Source: a candidate division WOR-3 bacterium
Lineage (GTDB): Bacteria; Hydrothermota; Tepidihabitantia; B3-TA06
Assembly (NCBI GenBank): GCA_965649265.1
Contig: CBFGKC010000002.1
Span: 1 to 60,644 of the forward strand
DNA: 60,644 bases
Direction: 5' to 3'
Under the pieces are notes generated by a model. That model made no database searches. It worked only from the letters and a program-made list of their open reading frames with translations, and was not told the DNA's origin. Shown here piece by piece: positions 9,019 to 17,988 of this stretch. The stretch's first letter is position 1; each line of letters begins with the position of its first letter. A program made the position numbers and the translations under genes.

Positions 9019-9054
9019 GGGGTCCCCATGAGAATACTTCGTATTCTCATGGGG
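9019..9054 (+). repeat. Repeat family B (REP-like hairpin)
   Basis: GGGGTCCCCATGAGAATAC-TTC-GTATTCTCATGGGG. Confidence 0.8.
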
Positions 9055-9110
9055 TGCTTGACAAGTTTGCGGGTGTCTTTATGCTTCGAACATAAATTCA
9101 AGGAGGATTC

Positions 9111-9656
9111 GTGAAGCTTTCAAGCATCGTGCTTTTCTTACTACCCATCATTTCGACCCCGGCGCCGGCAGTGAGTGCGGACGCGCTCAGGCGAGAGCTC
9201 TCTCACATCGAGAATGCGGCCGACGATCTCGCCAGGTTCAATCTGGACGTATCGGACAGGACTCTGAGAAGACGCATAGCCGCAAGCGTCGACGAGCTAT
9301 ACGAGGCAGCCGAACGCATGAGGCTGCTCCTTGATTCCGACACCCTGCCCAAGCCCATTCGCGCGGAGGATCTTGCGCCGTTCATCGAATCGGTGAAAAA
9401 GGCAGGCTTCGGCGACACCAAAGTCGACATGGTCAAGGAGTTTGGGCGCTCCAACTGGTTTATGGTGGATCAGGTAGGGACAATTGCTGAGGAACTGCCC
9501 TTCGGCGAGAACAAGGTCGAGGCAATCCTTGCGCTCTACCCGCACATCGTCGACAAGGAAAATGCCTACAGGTTATATGAGTTCGTCACGTTCTCCGACG
9601 ACAGGGATAAGTTAAAGAAGGGGATAGCCGAACTCGAAGGCGATACGCTTAAATGA
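9111..9656 (+). CDS. DUF4476-like domain protein, exported
   Basis: Signal peptide; F..DQV..I...LPF...KVE....LYPHIVDKENAY.L...TFSDDRDKL pattern. Confidence 0.7.
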   Translation: MKLSSIVLFLLPIISTPAPAVSADALRRELSHIENAADDLARFNLDVSDRTLRRRIAASVDELYEAAERMRLLLDSDTLPKPIRAEDLAPFIESVKKAGFGDTKVDMVKEFGRSNWFMVDQVGTIAEELPFGENKVEAILALYPHIVDKENAYRLYEFVTFSDDRDKLKKGIAELEGDTLK

Positions 9657-10414
9657 TGCCACTTCTCTTTCTTGTACTTCTCGTTCCCGGCCGCTTCCAT
9701 CCCCTTGATACGCATTTGCCGAAGTCCTCAGCGGCCTATCTTTCCGCAAGGGTCGTGGCCGTCGCCGATACGGCGGGCAACTTCCTGGGCAGCGGCTTTC
9801 TCGTCGGCGCGTCTGAACCAGGCTTTGCACGATCGCGGCAGCGCTCGGACAAGGGTGATATTTTCCTCGTTTCAAACGCGCATGTCGTCGGCGAACGCGA
9901 GCGGGTCCTTGCGTTCAGGGACGGAATAATATACAAGACCGACCTTGTAGTTGCCGACAGTGAAGCGGACGTGGCCGTGCTCCGGTTGCTTCTCGATTCG
10001 GCAATGCACCGTCCCGCAACCGTTCCACGCGAGGATTTCATACTCGACGGCGCAAGTCTCTGGCCGGGCATGATGACGGTTTCGGCAGCCTACCCCCTGG
10101 GTCTCGGCTGGGTAACGCCCGATAACCCTTCCCTTTCCTTTGCCCGCATCGCGCAGGTAGATGACGAGGATAGCGTCATCAGGCTCGAGGGCGTGCTCGA
10201 CCTTGGCTCAAGCGGCGCGCCCGTTTTCACCTGGATTGAAAAGGACAGAGGAGCAAGGCTGCACCTTGTCGGCATGGCACGCAGCTTCCAGATAGCACGC
10301 TGCCTTTCGGAGGGCGCGGGCGACACCCTGGTCATCCACTCAGGGCTGTTCGAGATAATCCCGGCCTCGACCGTGAACGCCGTAATAGTCCGGGCGGACT
10401 CAATCCTAAATTGA
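9653..10414 (+). CDS. Trypsin-like (S1) serine protease
   Basis: GSGFLV, SNAHVV (His), DVAVL (Asp), GSSGAP (Ser). Confidence 0.8.
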   Translation: MMPLLFLVLLVPGRFHPLDTHLPKSSAAYLSARVVAVADTAGNFLGSGFLVGASEPGFARSRQRSDKGDIFLVSNAHVVGERERVLAFRDGIIYKTDLVVADSEADVAVLRLLLDSAMHRPATVPREDFILDGASLWPGMMTVSAAYPLGLGWVTPDNPSLSFARIAQVDDEDSVIRLEGVLDLGSSGAPVFTWIEKDRGARLHLVGMARSFQIARCLSEGAGDTLVIHSGLFEIIPASTVNAVIVRADSILN

Positions 10415-10415
10415 T

Positions 10416-10451
10416 CCCCAAAAAGCCGCAGAGCAACCTTTTGGGGACCCC
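10416..10451 (-). repeat. Repeat family B (REP-like hairpin)
   Basis: CCCCAAAAAG...CCTTTTGGGGACCCC. Confidence 0.7.
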
Positions 10452-10660
10452 GTTCAGTCAGTGACGTCGATGCTCTTCAAACGCAGCCACTCCATGTTGT
10501 AACGCCGCCGGATTCCTCTCTCTCATTTTTACGAACAGCAAGAAACACAGAATAAAAATCTTAACCTGCAATCATGGCTTTTCGATTCAGTTACGAGTCA
10601 ACTTGTGTTTCATAATTGAGATAATCGGTAAATGGAAGGGGGTGGAGGAAGAGAGTTTGT

Positions 10661-10810
10661 GTGTTACGGGGTGTTACGGGTGTTATTTACTTTGATTACA
10701 AACCGCTGAAGGAAACGCCCTGTGGGATATAGCCATATCTCAAGGGGTGGAACATGCCGTCACTGAGGAGGGCGGGGGTTACTGAGGAGGACGGGTGTGT
10801 GTGTTACGGG
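10661..10810. repeat. Repeat family A copy
   Basis: GTGTTACGGG x2-3, GGAAACGCCC, TGGGATAT-AGCC-ATATCTCA hairpin. Confidence 0.8.
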
Positions 10811-10909
10811 CGGGTGCAACTTTTTGGGGTTCAAAAACGTCTAAATAAAAGAACGTATATATATATTCTTTTAAGTATGGGGGAGCGGATAACAAAATAA
10901 GGAGGCTCT

Positions 10910-11923
10910 ATGTCCGTTAATGGAAACGGCAACGGAAACCTCTGCAAGTTGTGGGATGAAAACGCGTGCCGCGTAGAGGATCTCACCTTCAGGAGGACAG
11001 GAGACTTCTTTGTTGTTCGAGGCAGGGTAACTAATACACTCGACTGCACCATACCTCATCCGGAGCTGCGGCTCGAGCTGTTCGATGCGTTCAAAAAGCT
11101 TATTTATACCAAGGTGTTTCACATCGTAAAGCGCAGGTTCGGTCCAGGCGAAACTTGCGAATTCAAGTTTGAGGACGAATGGAGGAAGGGTTCCGCCCGG
11201 GCCAGGGTAGTCACGAACCCCTCAAACAGCTCGAGGGAAATAAGGGTGGCCCCCCCTCCCCACCTTGCCATAAACGAGTTAAACGAATGGCAGGACGAAC
11301 TCGTATGCGGAACCAAACACGCGGTCATCCAGAAGGGCGACATGGTGTTTGCGTCGGTATCCGAGGTGACAGAACCGCCCCTGGTGTTCGGCAGCATCGT
11401 GCAGCTTGTGACGCGAAGTCCTTACTATCACATGGTCATGTACGATCACGGCGGACGCTTCGTGCATGCGGGCTGGCCAAGGGTCGAGGCAAGGGACATC
11501 TGTCAGTACTATTTCAAGAGACCGAACACCGTTCTCGCATGGGGCCGGCCGCGCACGCCGGGCGGCCGTTCACCTGAACCGGGCGAGGCGTCCCAGGCCG
11601 TCGCATTCCTCGAGAAAAGGATAGGCAAACCCTATGATATACTCGGGAACCTGCCATTCATATTTCGCGCTGACGGTCTTGCAAGAGTGCCCTTCTTTCT
11701 GCGCAAGATGACCCAGGACCGAAGCACTGCCGCTGAAAAAAGAAACTGGCAGTGTTCGGAGATTGTGGCGGCGGCATGGTACAACGCCGCGCACGTCTCG
11801 TTCGTGGAGAACATGCACGACCGCACATATCTCTCGCCCGCCGACATATACGAATCCACGAACACCGACATCGTCTGCATCCTGCGTCTTAACAACGGAG
11901 GCACGACACTTCTGGTCAAGTAG
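10910..11923 (+). CDS. FxLYD-like domain fused to permuted papain-like (YiiX/YaeF, NlpC/P60) amidase, copy 1
   Basis: V.G.VTN..LELFD..PGE...F N-domain; QKGD, SPYYHM (His), GKPYD, WQCSE (Cys), LSPADI. Confidence 0.8.
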   Translation: MSVNGNGNGNLCKLWDENACRVEDLTFRRTGDFFVVRGRVTNTLDCTIPHPELRLELFDAFKKLIYTKVFHIVKRRFGPGETCEFKFEDEWRKGSARARVVTNPSNSSREIRVAPPPHLAINELNEWQDELVCGTKHAVIQKGDMVFASVSEVTEPPLVFGSIVQLVTRSPYYHMVMYDHGGRFVHAGWPRVEARDICQYYFKRPNTVLAWGRPRTPGGRSPEPGEASQAVAFLEKRIGKPYDILGNLPFIFRADGLARVPFFLRKMTQDRSTAAEKRNWQCSEIVAAAWYNAAHVSFVENMHDRTYLSPADIYESTNTDIVCILRLNNGGTTLLVK

Positions 11924-12200
11924 CGCCAAGTCTCGATCCGGATCGCACGAATTAAGGATGAGTGGGTTCTCCTCGGTTTTCGCTTTCGATGATTGTGCCC
12001 TTTAGTCACAGACGAACAGGGCAGGAACATTTTTTTCTTTCTCCCCCTTCCCTGAAACTACATTGTTTTTTTAAATATGCCGGCTTGCGATATTGTTCAA
12101 AGCATGTAAATATTTATGAGAACTCGACCAACAGGACATTGGCATTTCTCAAAGGTCAGCCCTTATGAAGACTCCTCACCGGTGGACTGAACTTGCCCTG

Positions 12201-12298
12201 TGGGTATTTCTTTTGATCGATGACTGCTGATGGAAACGCCTTATGAGATATAACATTATCTCAAGGGGCGGACCCTGCCCCGAAGGGGTACGGGTTAC
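12201..12298. repeat. Repeat family A copy
   Basis: ATGGAAACGCCTTATGAGATA..TATCTCAAGGGGCGGACCCTGCCCCGAAGGGGTACGGG. Confidence 0.8.
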
Positions 12299-12326
12299 TT
12301 GACAATTAATGGGGGCTAAGTATTCT
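12299..12326 (+). promoter_or_regulatory. sigma70-like promoter
   Basis: TTGACA-16-TATTCT directly abutting repeat A. Confidence 0.6.
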
Positions 12327-12392
12327 TTTAGGGGTTAAAGATGGAATTAACGTGGTTAGCTTTCTATCCCATTCACGAATCAAGGAGTAGTC

Positions 12393-12713
12393 ATGCCAGT
12401 TCGAAAGACGTGCAACGAGTGGAGCCAGGACGCCTGCATTATTGAAGAGGTGAGATTCGAGCACCTGCGCGACTTTTTCAGGGTCAGGGGCAGGGCCACG
12501 AACGTAATGGACTGCATTCTTCCGCATTTGCGTTTAAGGGTGACCGTTCTCGATTTGAAGGGGAAAATCGTCGCGGACAACATCATTCATATCACCGACC
12601 GCAGACTGCAGCCGAAAGAAAGCTCGGAATTCAAGATCGAGGGTGAGTGGAAGAGGGGCATGAGCAAGGCGAAAGTGACGGTGGAGCCACACCCCAAGGA
12701 GGGGGCAAGATGA
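12393..12713 (+). CDS. Stand-alone FxLYD-like domain protein (N-half of copy 2)
   Basis: Homologous to the N-termini of 10910, 15617 and 16835; AAGGAG RBS. Confidence 0.8.
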   Translation: MPVRKTCNEWSQDACIIEEVRFEHLRDFFRVRGRATNVMDCILPHLRLRVTVLDLKGKIVADNIIHITDRRLQPKESSEFKIEGEWKRGMSKAKVTVEPHPKEGAR

Positions 12714-13390
12714 GCATCTTTAATCCGAAACCCAGGTTCAGGGAGATAAACCACTGGCAGGATGAGTTGAGGCTGGGCACGAAGAGGGCTCTCATACAGC
12801 GGGGCGACATATTGTTCGTCGCAGGCGAGAACGTCACCGATATCACGGGAGTTTTCGGAACCGCGGTAACGCTCGTAACTAACAGTCCTTACTACCACAT
12901 GGGCCTGTACGATCACGGTGGAAGATTCGTCCACGCGGGGTGGCCGAAGGTTGAAAGCCGCGATCTTAGAACCTTTTATCTCAAGAAAACCAACGTGATA
13001 CTCACCTGGGGTCGGCCCAGACACCATGACGGTTCACCGGTTACGGAGAAGGAGGTCTCAGAGGTCATCCGCTTCTCTGAGGAGCAGATAGGCAAGCCTT
13101 ACGACGTTCTGGCAAACCTTTCCTTTCTTCTGCGCGCCGACGGCCTGCCCGAGGTGCCGGTCATAATGCACAAACTATTCCAGGAGCGAAACTGGCTTCA
13201 GGATTCAAGGAAGTGGCACTGCTCCGAACTCGTGGGCGCTGCATGGTTCAAAGCTACCGGAGTCTCCTTCGTAGAGGACATGAAGAGCAAGACGTACCTT
13301 TCACCCGCAGACATCTACGACTCGCTCTACCAGGACGTAGTCTGCACGCTCAAGCTGCGCGACGGACGCTTCAGGCTGCTGACTAAATAA
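12710..13390 (+). CDS. Permuted papain-like (YiiX/YaeF) amidase (C-half of copy 2)
   Basis: ATG at 12710 in ATGA overlap, own AAGGAGG RBS; QRGD, SPYYHMG, GKPYD, WHCSE, LSPADI. Confidence 0.85.
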   Translation: MSIFNPKPRFREINHWQDELRLGTKRALIQRGDILFVAGENVTDITGVFGTAVTLVTNSPYYHMGLYDHGGRFVHAGWPKVESRDLRTFYLKKTNVILTWGRPRHHDGSPVTEKEVSEVIRFSEEQIGKPYDVLANLSFLLRADGLPEVPVIMHKLFQERNWLQDSRKWHCSELVGAAWFKATGVSFVEDMKSKTYLSPADIYDSLYQDVVCTLKLRDGRFRLLTK

Positions 13391-13400
13391 ACCGGAAGGC

Positions 13401-13428
13401 TTGACAAAGGGATATTTTTTATTAATAT
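13401..13428 (+). promoter_or_regulatory. sigma70-like promoter
   Basis: TTGACA-16-TAATAT. Confidence 0.6.
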
Positions 13429-13493
13429 TTTTATACAGGTAAGATAAGAGGAAGCCGGGTGTTTCTTCAGAGGGGATAAGTAAAGGAGGAACA

Positions 13494-14447
13494 ATGAAAA
13501 GAGCAGTAATGCTCATGGCATCAGGGCTGACGGCCTTGATGGTGCTCACTGCATGTGAGCAGGAAGGAACCAAGGGTGGTTCAACACTCGACAATCCTAT
13601 CCAGGCTTTCCCGGCAAGACTCACAGACATCCCGGACCCGGAGACTCTTTCACGTTACCCTTATGATCCGAATCTTCTTGTACCTTACGACTACTCATCC
13701 ATCAGTCTGGCCGCATACCCGGAATCGGATTCGAGCCAGATAGATCCGGTCGACTGGCCCATATGGATACCGAAAGCCGAAAGCAGCTTGACGATTCAGG
13801 AATTCCTTGCTTACGAACGCGCCATTTTGCCGGAAACTACTTTGACCCGCCTCGGGTTGGAAAATCCAGAATACTTCGAGGGTGAAGACGGCGGAACCCT
13901 TGAGGAAAGCACCGGTAATGACTGCGACTTCAGCAAGAACCGGCGAGGAGATGTACTCCTCGTTCGAAACCCATGGGTTCCAGTTCCAATCTATCACAAA
14001 CACGCCGGGGTCTGGAGAGGTACTGAAAAGGAAAACTCAATTTACAGAAACAAAGAAATTGTACATTCAATCTCGTCGGGTGTATGCTGGGCTTCGGATG
14101 GAAGCTATCTGTCATACTGGAATCACTGCCGGGTTATGCGCGTAAACACCTCTCCACACAGCACAAACTACAGAAACGTGGCCGCAACGTACTGCGAAAA
14201 TCAATATGGTAAGCCTTACAACTACAACTGGCTCTGGAAGTACGACGAGCAAAGATTCTACTGCAGTCAGCTTGCCTGGGCCGGATACTGGCGCTGTGGA
14301 GCTAAAAACCCGCGCATCGACATCGACATATACTGCATTCATTACATCCCGCAGTTCGGCTTCGTCCCCGATTTTCACGTGGCCCCGGATGAGATATGGA
14401 TAAACTGGCGCACATATCAGATTGCGAAGAGTTCAGGAAAATGGTAA
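13494..14447 (+). CDS. Lipoprotein with C-terminal permuted papain-like (YiiX/YycO-like) amidase
   Basis: Lipobox LTAC; RRGDVLL, HKHAGVW, QYGKPYNYN, FYCSQLAW, VAPDEI. Confidence 0.85.
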   Translation: MKRAVMLMASGLTALMVLTACEQEGTKGGSTLDNPIQAFPARLTDIPDPETLSRYPYDPNLLVPYDYSSISLAAYPESDSSQIDPVDWPIWIPKAESSLTIQEFLAYERAILPETTLTRLGLENPEYFEGEDGGTLEESTGNDCDFSKNRRGDVLLVRNPWVPVPIYHKHAGVWRGTEKENSIYRNKEIVHSISSGVCWASDGSYLSYWNHCRVMRVNTSPHSTNYRNVAATYCENQYGKPYNYNWLWKYDEQRFYCSQLAWAGYWRCGAKNPRIDIDIYCIHYIPQFGFVPDFHVAPDEIWINWRTYQIAKSSGKW

Positions 14448-15523
14448 AAAAGTGCATTCCGATTCTCTTTCTTGTTTTGTTATCATTGGTGGATTGTCAC
14501 AGGGATGGGGATACCCCCATCCCTGTACCCGGGCACCCGGCCTTCATCCTCAACTCCGGTTCGGGCTTCAACACCATAACGGTTCTCGATCTCGATAAAA
14601 TGGAGGTCATCGGTTACCGCAAGGCGGTGAACGGCAAAAATTATATAATCGAGGATTTCGCTCTGTCGCCGGACAATCACATATTTCTGCCGATCTCGTG
14701 GTTCATGCAACCCGTTTCGGACGGTAAATGCGTACTGGTTGACAATATAGAAACCGATGAAATCCTTACAGATTCCATCCCTACGTCTTTATGGCCAACC
14801 TATATTTATCCGTTTCTTGACGACACCAGGGCTTTTATAGGTCACCCGGGGATCATCCTCGGCGATACCGATGTGGTATCCACCGAGCTCGATCTGGTCA
14901 ATCGAAAGGTAATAAAGACATTCAGGTACAAGGGACTTCTGGATAACGTACTTACCTTTGCAGACGGCGGTACATACCTCCTTTATACTCAAGGATGGGA
15001 ACCAAACAAGCAGTTTATCAGAAGCTTCGATGCGTCCGGGGATTCAATGACAGGTCAACCCCTGGAGGTTGGCGCTCCTTCGGCGTTGGTATGCGCGGTT
15101 GTCGTTTCTGATTCCGAGTTCGCAGCTCCCGGAAACAATGGCATCGCTTTCTTTAACCGCAATACGGGAAAGCTTATGTCCGAGGTCGCTCTTGCAGACA
15201 GCCCGGACAGGTGCGTGGTTGTTAAAGGCAAACTCTATGTCTGTCACAACACTGGATGGCTTATGAAGAACGGCAACTTCAAGAAGGTTTCCGTCATCGA
15301 TCTGGGGACAAGATCCGTAATAAAGACAATAGAAGTCTGTAACGCACCTGTTGACATAGCATACTCGAAAGCCACAAACAAGATAGTCGTGGTTTCAGGA
15401 GTAGGAACCGTCATTACGATTATTGATCCTGACGGCGATTCGGTCACTGCGACCATTGTCTCCGACGAAGTGGGCGACGTGGACGACAAATTGGGATACT
15501 ACCGTTTACGGATACCTGAATGA
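14441..15523 (+). CDS. YncE/YVTN-type beta-propeller, probable lipoprotein
   Basis: Start MVKKCIP; hydrophobic signal ending LVDC; KLYVC, VSVIDL..VIKTIEV..P.DIA repeats. Confidence 0.75.
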   Translation: MVKKCIPILFLVLLSLVDCHRDGDTPIPVPGHPAFILNSGSGFNTITVLDLDKMEVIGYRKAVNGKNYIIEDFALSPDNHIFLPISWFMQPVSDGKCVLVDNIETDEILTDSIPTSLWPTYIYPFLDDTRAFIGHPGIILGDTDVVSTELDLVNRKVIKTFRYKGLLDNVLTFADGGTYLLYTQGWEPNKQFIRSFDASGDSMTGQPLEVGAPSALVCAVVVSDSEFAAPGNNGIAFFNRNTGKLMSEVALADSPDRCVVVKGKLYVCHNTGWLMKNGNFKKVSVIDLGTRSVIKTIEVCNAPVDIAYSKATNKIVVVSGVGTVITIIDPDGDSVTATIVSDEVGDVDDKLGYYRLRIPE

Positions 15524-15549
15524 AAACTAAAGGTCAAAGTCAAAAAAAC

Positions 15550-15577
15550 TTGACAAAATACGTGCTCATTATACAAT
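15550..15577 (+). promoter_or_regulatory. sigma70-like promoter
   Basis: TTGACA-16-TACAAT. Confidence 0.7.
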
Positions 15578-15616
15578 CCTCTCCGTAAATCATAAGCCAA
15601 TTTTCGAGGAGGATAT

Positions 15617-16666
15617 ATGCATTACCCTATCTGCGACAAGTGGGACGAAAAAGCCTGTGACGTCACGCTCGACAACGGCGACAAGCCCGAAAAGGACGGC
15701 GATTACTTCCGGATCTCGGGTACCGCCAAGAACATACATGAGTTGAATTGCAAGCTTCCTCACTTGCGTCTGAACGTGGAGTTTTTCGATTCCAAGGGAA
15801 AGAATCTCGATATGGGCGTTCTGGGCGAGGAGGTGGACGACTCAGGAAACTGCGGCTGTATCGTTCACGTGAGCGACCGCGCGGTTTCGCCTGGGGAGGT
15901 TGCCCAGTTCAAGCTCGAGGGGTTGTGGCACCCGAAGATGAAGACCGTCAAGGTCTCGACGAGGCCAAAGGTTGAACCTCACCCCGACGTTCCGCCGTCG
16001 GTGCCCGACGGTCTAGAGATTGAACCGCTCAACGCGTGGCAGGACAGGATAACGCTCGGCAAGAAATCGGCCGTAGTCCAGCGCGGAGACATCGTTTTGG
16101 ACGCGGGTCCCGCGGAGGGGGTCATAAGCGTTTTCTCGGCCATGATAGCGATAGTCACCAACAGCCCGTACCATCACGCGATGATATATGACTGCGACTG
16201 GAACGTCGTTCACGCAACGTGGCCGGAGGTCGAGCGCAACACCCTCAAGAAACTCTACCTGAACATGCCCGACTCGATACTCACATGGGTAAGGCCGAAG
16301 TACCCCCAGAGACAGGTAACCCAGGAAGACGCGGCAAAGGCGCTCGAATTCGCGTCGAAGCAGATCGGGCTTGAGTACGACCTCATTGCCAACGCCGGGT
16401 TCCTGTTCCGCGCCGACGGCCTGCCCGAGATGCCCAAGGACATCGAGAAGCTCTTTCAAAACCGCAACTGGCTCTCCAAACGCAAGAAGTGGCACTGCTC
16501 CGAACTCGCCGCGGGCGCGTGGTGGCTGGGCGCCGGCCTCGAACTCGTGAAAGATATGAGACAGAAGGACTTTCTCTCACCCGCAGACATCTACACCTCC
16601 CACTATCACGATGTGGTGGCGACCCTTATCATTCGCGACGGCAAGCCGGAGCTATATACCAAATAA
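15617..16666 (+). CDS. FxLYD-like + permuted papain-like amidase, copy 3
   Basis: VEFFD; QRGD, SPYHHA, GLEYD, WHCSE, LSPADI; GAGGAGG RBS. Confidence 0.85.
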   Translation: MHYPICDKWDEKACDVTLDNGDKPEKDGDYFRISGTAKNIHELNCKLPHLRLNVEFFDSKGKNLDMGVLGEEVDDSGNCGCIVHVSDRAVSPGEVAQFKLEGLWHPKMKTVKVSTRPKVEPHPDVPPSVPDGLEIEPLNAWQDRITLGKKSAVVQRGDIVLDAGPAEGVISVFSAMIAIVTNSPYHHAMIYDCDWNVVHATWPEVERNTLKKLYLNMPDSILTWVRPKYPQRQVTQEDAAKALEFASKQIGLEYDLIANAGFLFRADGLPEMPKDIEKLFQNRNWLSKRKKWHCSELAAGAWWLGAGLELVKDMRQKDFLSPADIYTSHYHDVVATLIIRDGKPELYTK

Positions 16667-16670
16667 ACAA

Positions 16671-16754
16671 TCCCACAACAATCACTGGGTGATTTTTGTG
16701 GGGTCCCAAAACAACAAGCCCCAAGAAATTGCACAACAATTTCTCGGGGACCCC
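16671..16754 (-). repeat. Two tandem repeat family B hairpins
   Basis: 16671-16707 CCCACAA..TTGTGGGGTCCC and 16719-16754 CCCCAAGAAATTG..CAATTTCTCGGGGACCCC. Confidence 0.75.
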
Positions 16755-16834
16755 GGGGAGTAAATGTTCTTTAGCCGGATGCCATCTAAAGAAAGAGCTT
16801 GACTTTGCACAAGCGCAACCTATCATCCTGAAAC

Positions 16835-17893
16835 TTGAAACCATCCCGGAGGCAGCACGTGGAGATTTTGACCGCAGTCACAAAAAAAATCCCTAGGCAA
16901 GTTTCCGATACGAGCAGAAGCTGGTCGGCTAATGCCGGTCTCATAAGAAACTTGACATGGACAAGGTGCGGGGATTTCCTCGAGGTGTCCGGGACGGTTA
17001 CCAATGCGGCCAAGGAAGGCCTTTCGCATCTCATGCTCCGAATCAAGCTCTACAACGAAGAGGGGAGGCTGCTGCTTACCGACGATTTCCACCTGACCAA
17101 CCGCCTGCTCGCTCCCCGTGAAAGCTCGAAATTCAAGTACTCGTGTGAATGGAGGCCGGGGATCCGCGACGTCAGCGTTGCGATATGCCCTTATCCAAGC
17201 GAATTGGATATCTCAGTCGATCCCTCGCCTCAAATCAAGATCCGCGAGATCAACGAACAGGAAGACGAACTCCTGGTGGGCAGGAAGAGGGTCAAAATAC
17301 AAAAGGGCGATCTGGTGTTCGCTCGAGTGGACGACGTGCTCGATAAATCCGCCGCACTGGGCGGGCCGGTCAGGCTCGTCACGCGCAGCCCTTACTACCA
17401 TATGCTCGTCTACGATCACGCCGGCAAGTTCGTTCACGCCTTCTGGCCCACGACCGAGGAGAACGATATCTTCCACTTCTATCTTACAAGACCCAATCTG
17501 CTTCTGGCTTTCGGCCGTCCCCTGCACAAGGACCTCTCCGAGGCCTCTCCCGAAGAGGGCGCCCGGGCTATCCGATATTCACGGGCTCAGATAGGCAAAC
17601 CCTACGACGTCGGCGCCAACTTTTCCTATCTCTTCCGCACCGACGGCGTTCAGAAGATGCCTTATTTCCTCAGGAAATTCTTCGATAAAAACAACCGACT
17701 CAGAAGCGCGAAGAAGTGGCAGTGCTCGGGACTCGCGTGCGCGGCGTGGTTCCATGCCGCCGGCATCAAGTTCGCGGATAACCTCCAGGACTACATCTAC
17801 CTCTCTCCTGCTGACATGGCCGAATCAATGTACGTGAAAGTCTATGCCTACCTCAAGGTTGCCGACGGCGAGCCTACGTTACTTAAAAGATAG
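16835..17893 (+). CDS. FxLYD-like + permuted papain-like amidase, copy 4 (start uncertain)
   Basis: IKLYN; QKGD, SPYYHM, GKPYD, WQCSG, LSPADM; promoter TTGACT-16-TATCAT at 16799-16826. Confidence 0.8.
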   Translation: MKPSRRQHVEILTAVTKKIPRQVSDTSRSWSANAGLIRNLTWTRCGDFLEVSGTVTNAAKEGLSHLMLRIKLYNEEGRLLLTDDFHLTNRLLAPRESSKFKYSCEWRPGIRDVSVAICPYPSELDISVDPSPQIKIREINEQEDELLVGRKRVKIQKGDLVFARVDDVLDKSAALGGPVRLVTRSPYYHMLVYDHAGKFVHAFWPTTEENDIFHFYLTRPNLLLAFGRPLHKDLSEASPEEGARAIRYSRAQIGKPYDVGANFSYLFRTDGVQKMPYFLRKFFDKNNRLRSAKKWQCSGLACAAWFHAAGIKFADNLQDYIYLSPADMAESMYVKVYAYLKVADGEPTLLKR

Positions 17894-17951
17894 AACCCAT
17901 GGAAATGGCGCGACAATCCCTGACATTTTTTCAGGTAATCGACAACTTCAA

Positions 17952-17986
17952 GGGGTCCCCGTAAAATACCACGTAATCTTACGGGG
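17952..17986 (+). repeat. Repeat family B (REP-like hairpin)
   Basis: GGGGTCCCCGTAA...TTACGGGG between convergent genes. Confidence 0.7.
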
Positions 17987-17988
17987 GG

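Noticed and set aside
11924-12200. Riboswitch or ncRNA in the long intergenic gap
   Set aside because: No motif of a known riboswitch class was recognisable by eye; an Rfam scan would be needed.
12700-12715. Programmed frameshift or pseudogene at the split amidase
   Set aside because: No slippery heptamer; a strong RBS with ATGA overlap and intact catalytic residues favour two functional genes.
5051-17893. Diversity-generating retroelement behind the paralog arrays
   Set aside because: No reverse transcriptase, and no near-identical TR/VR pair differing at adenines was seen.
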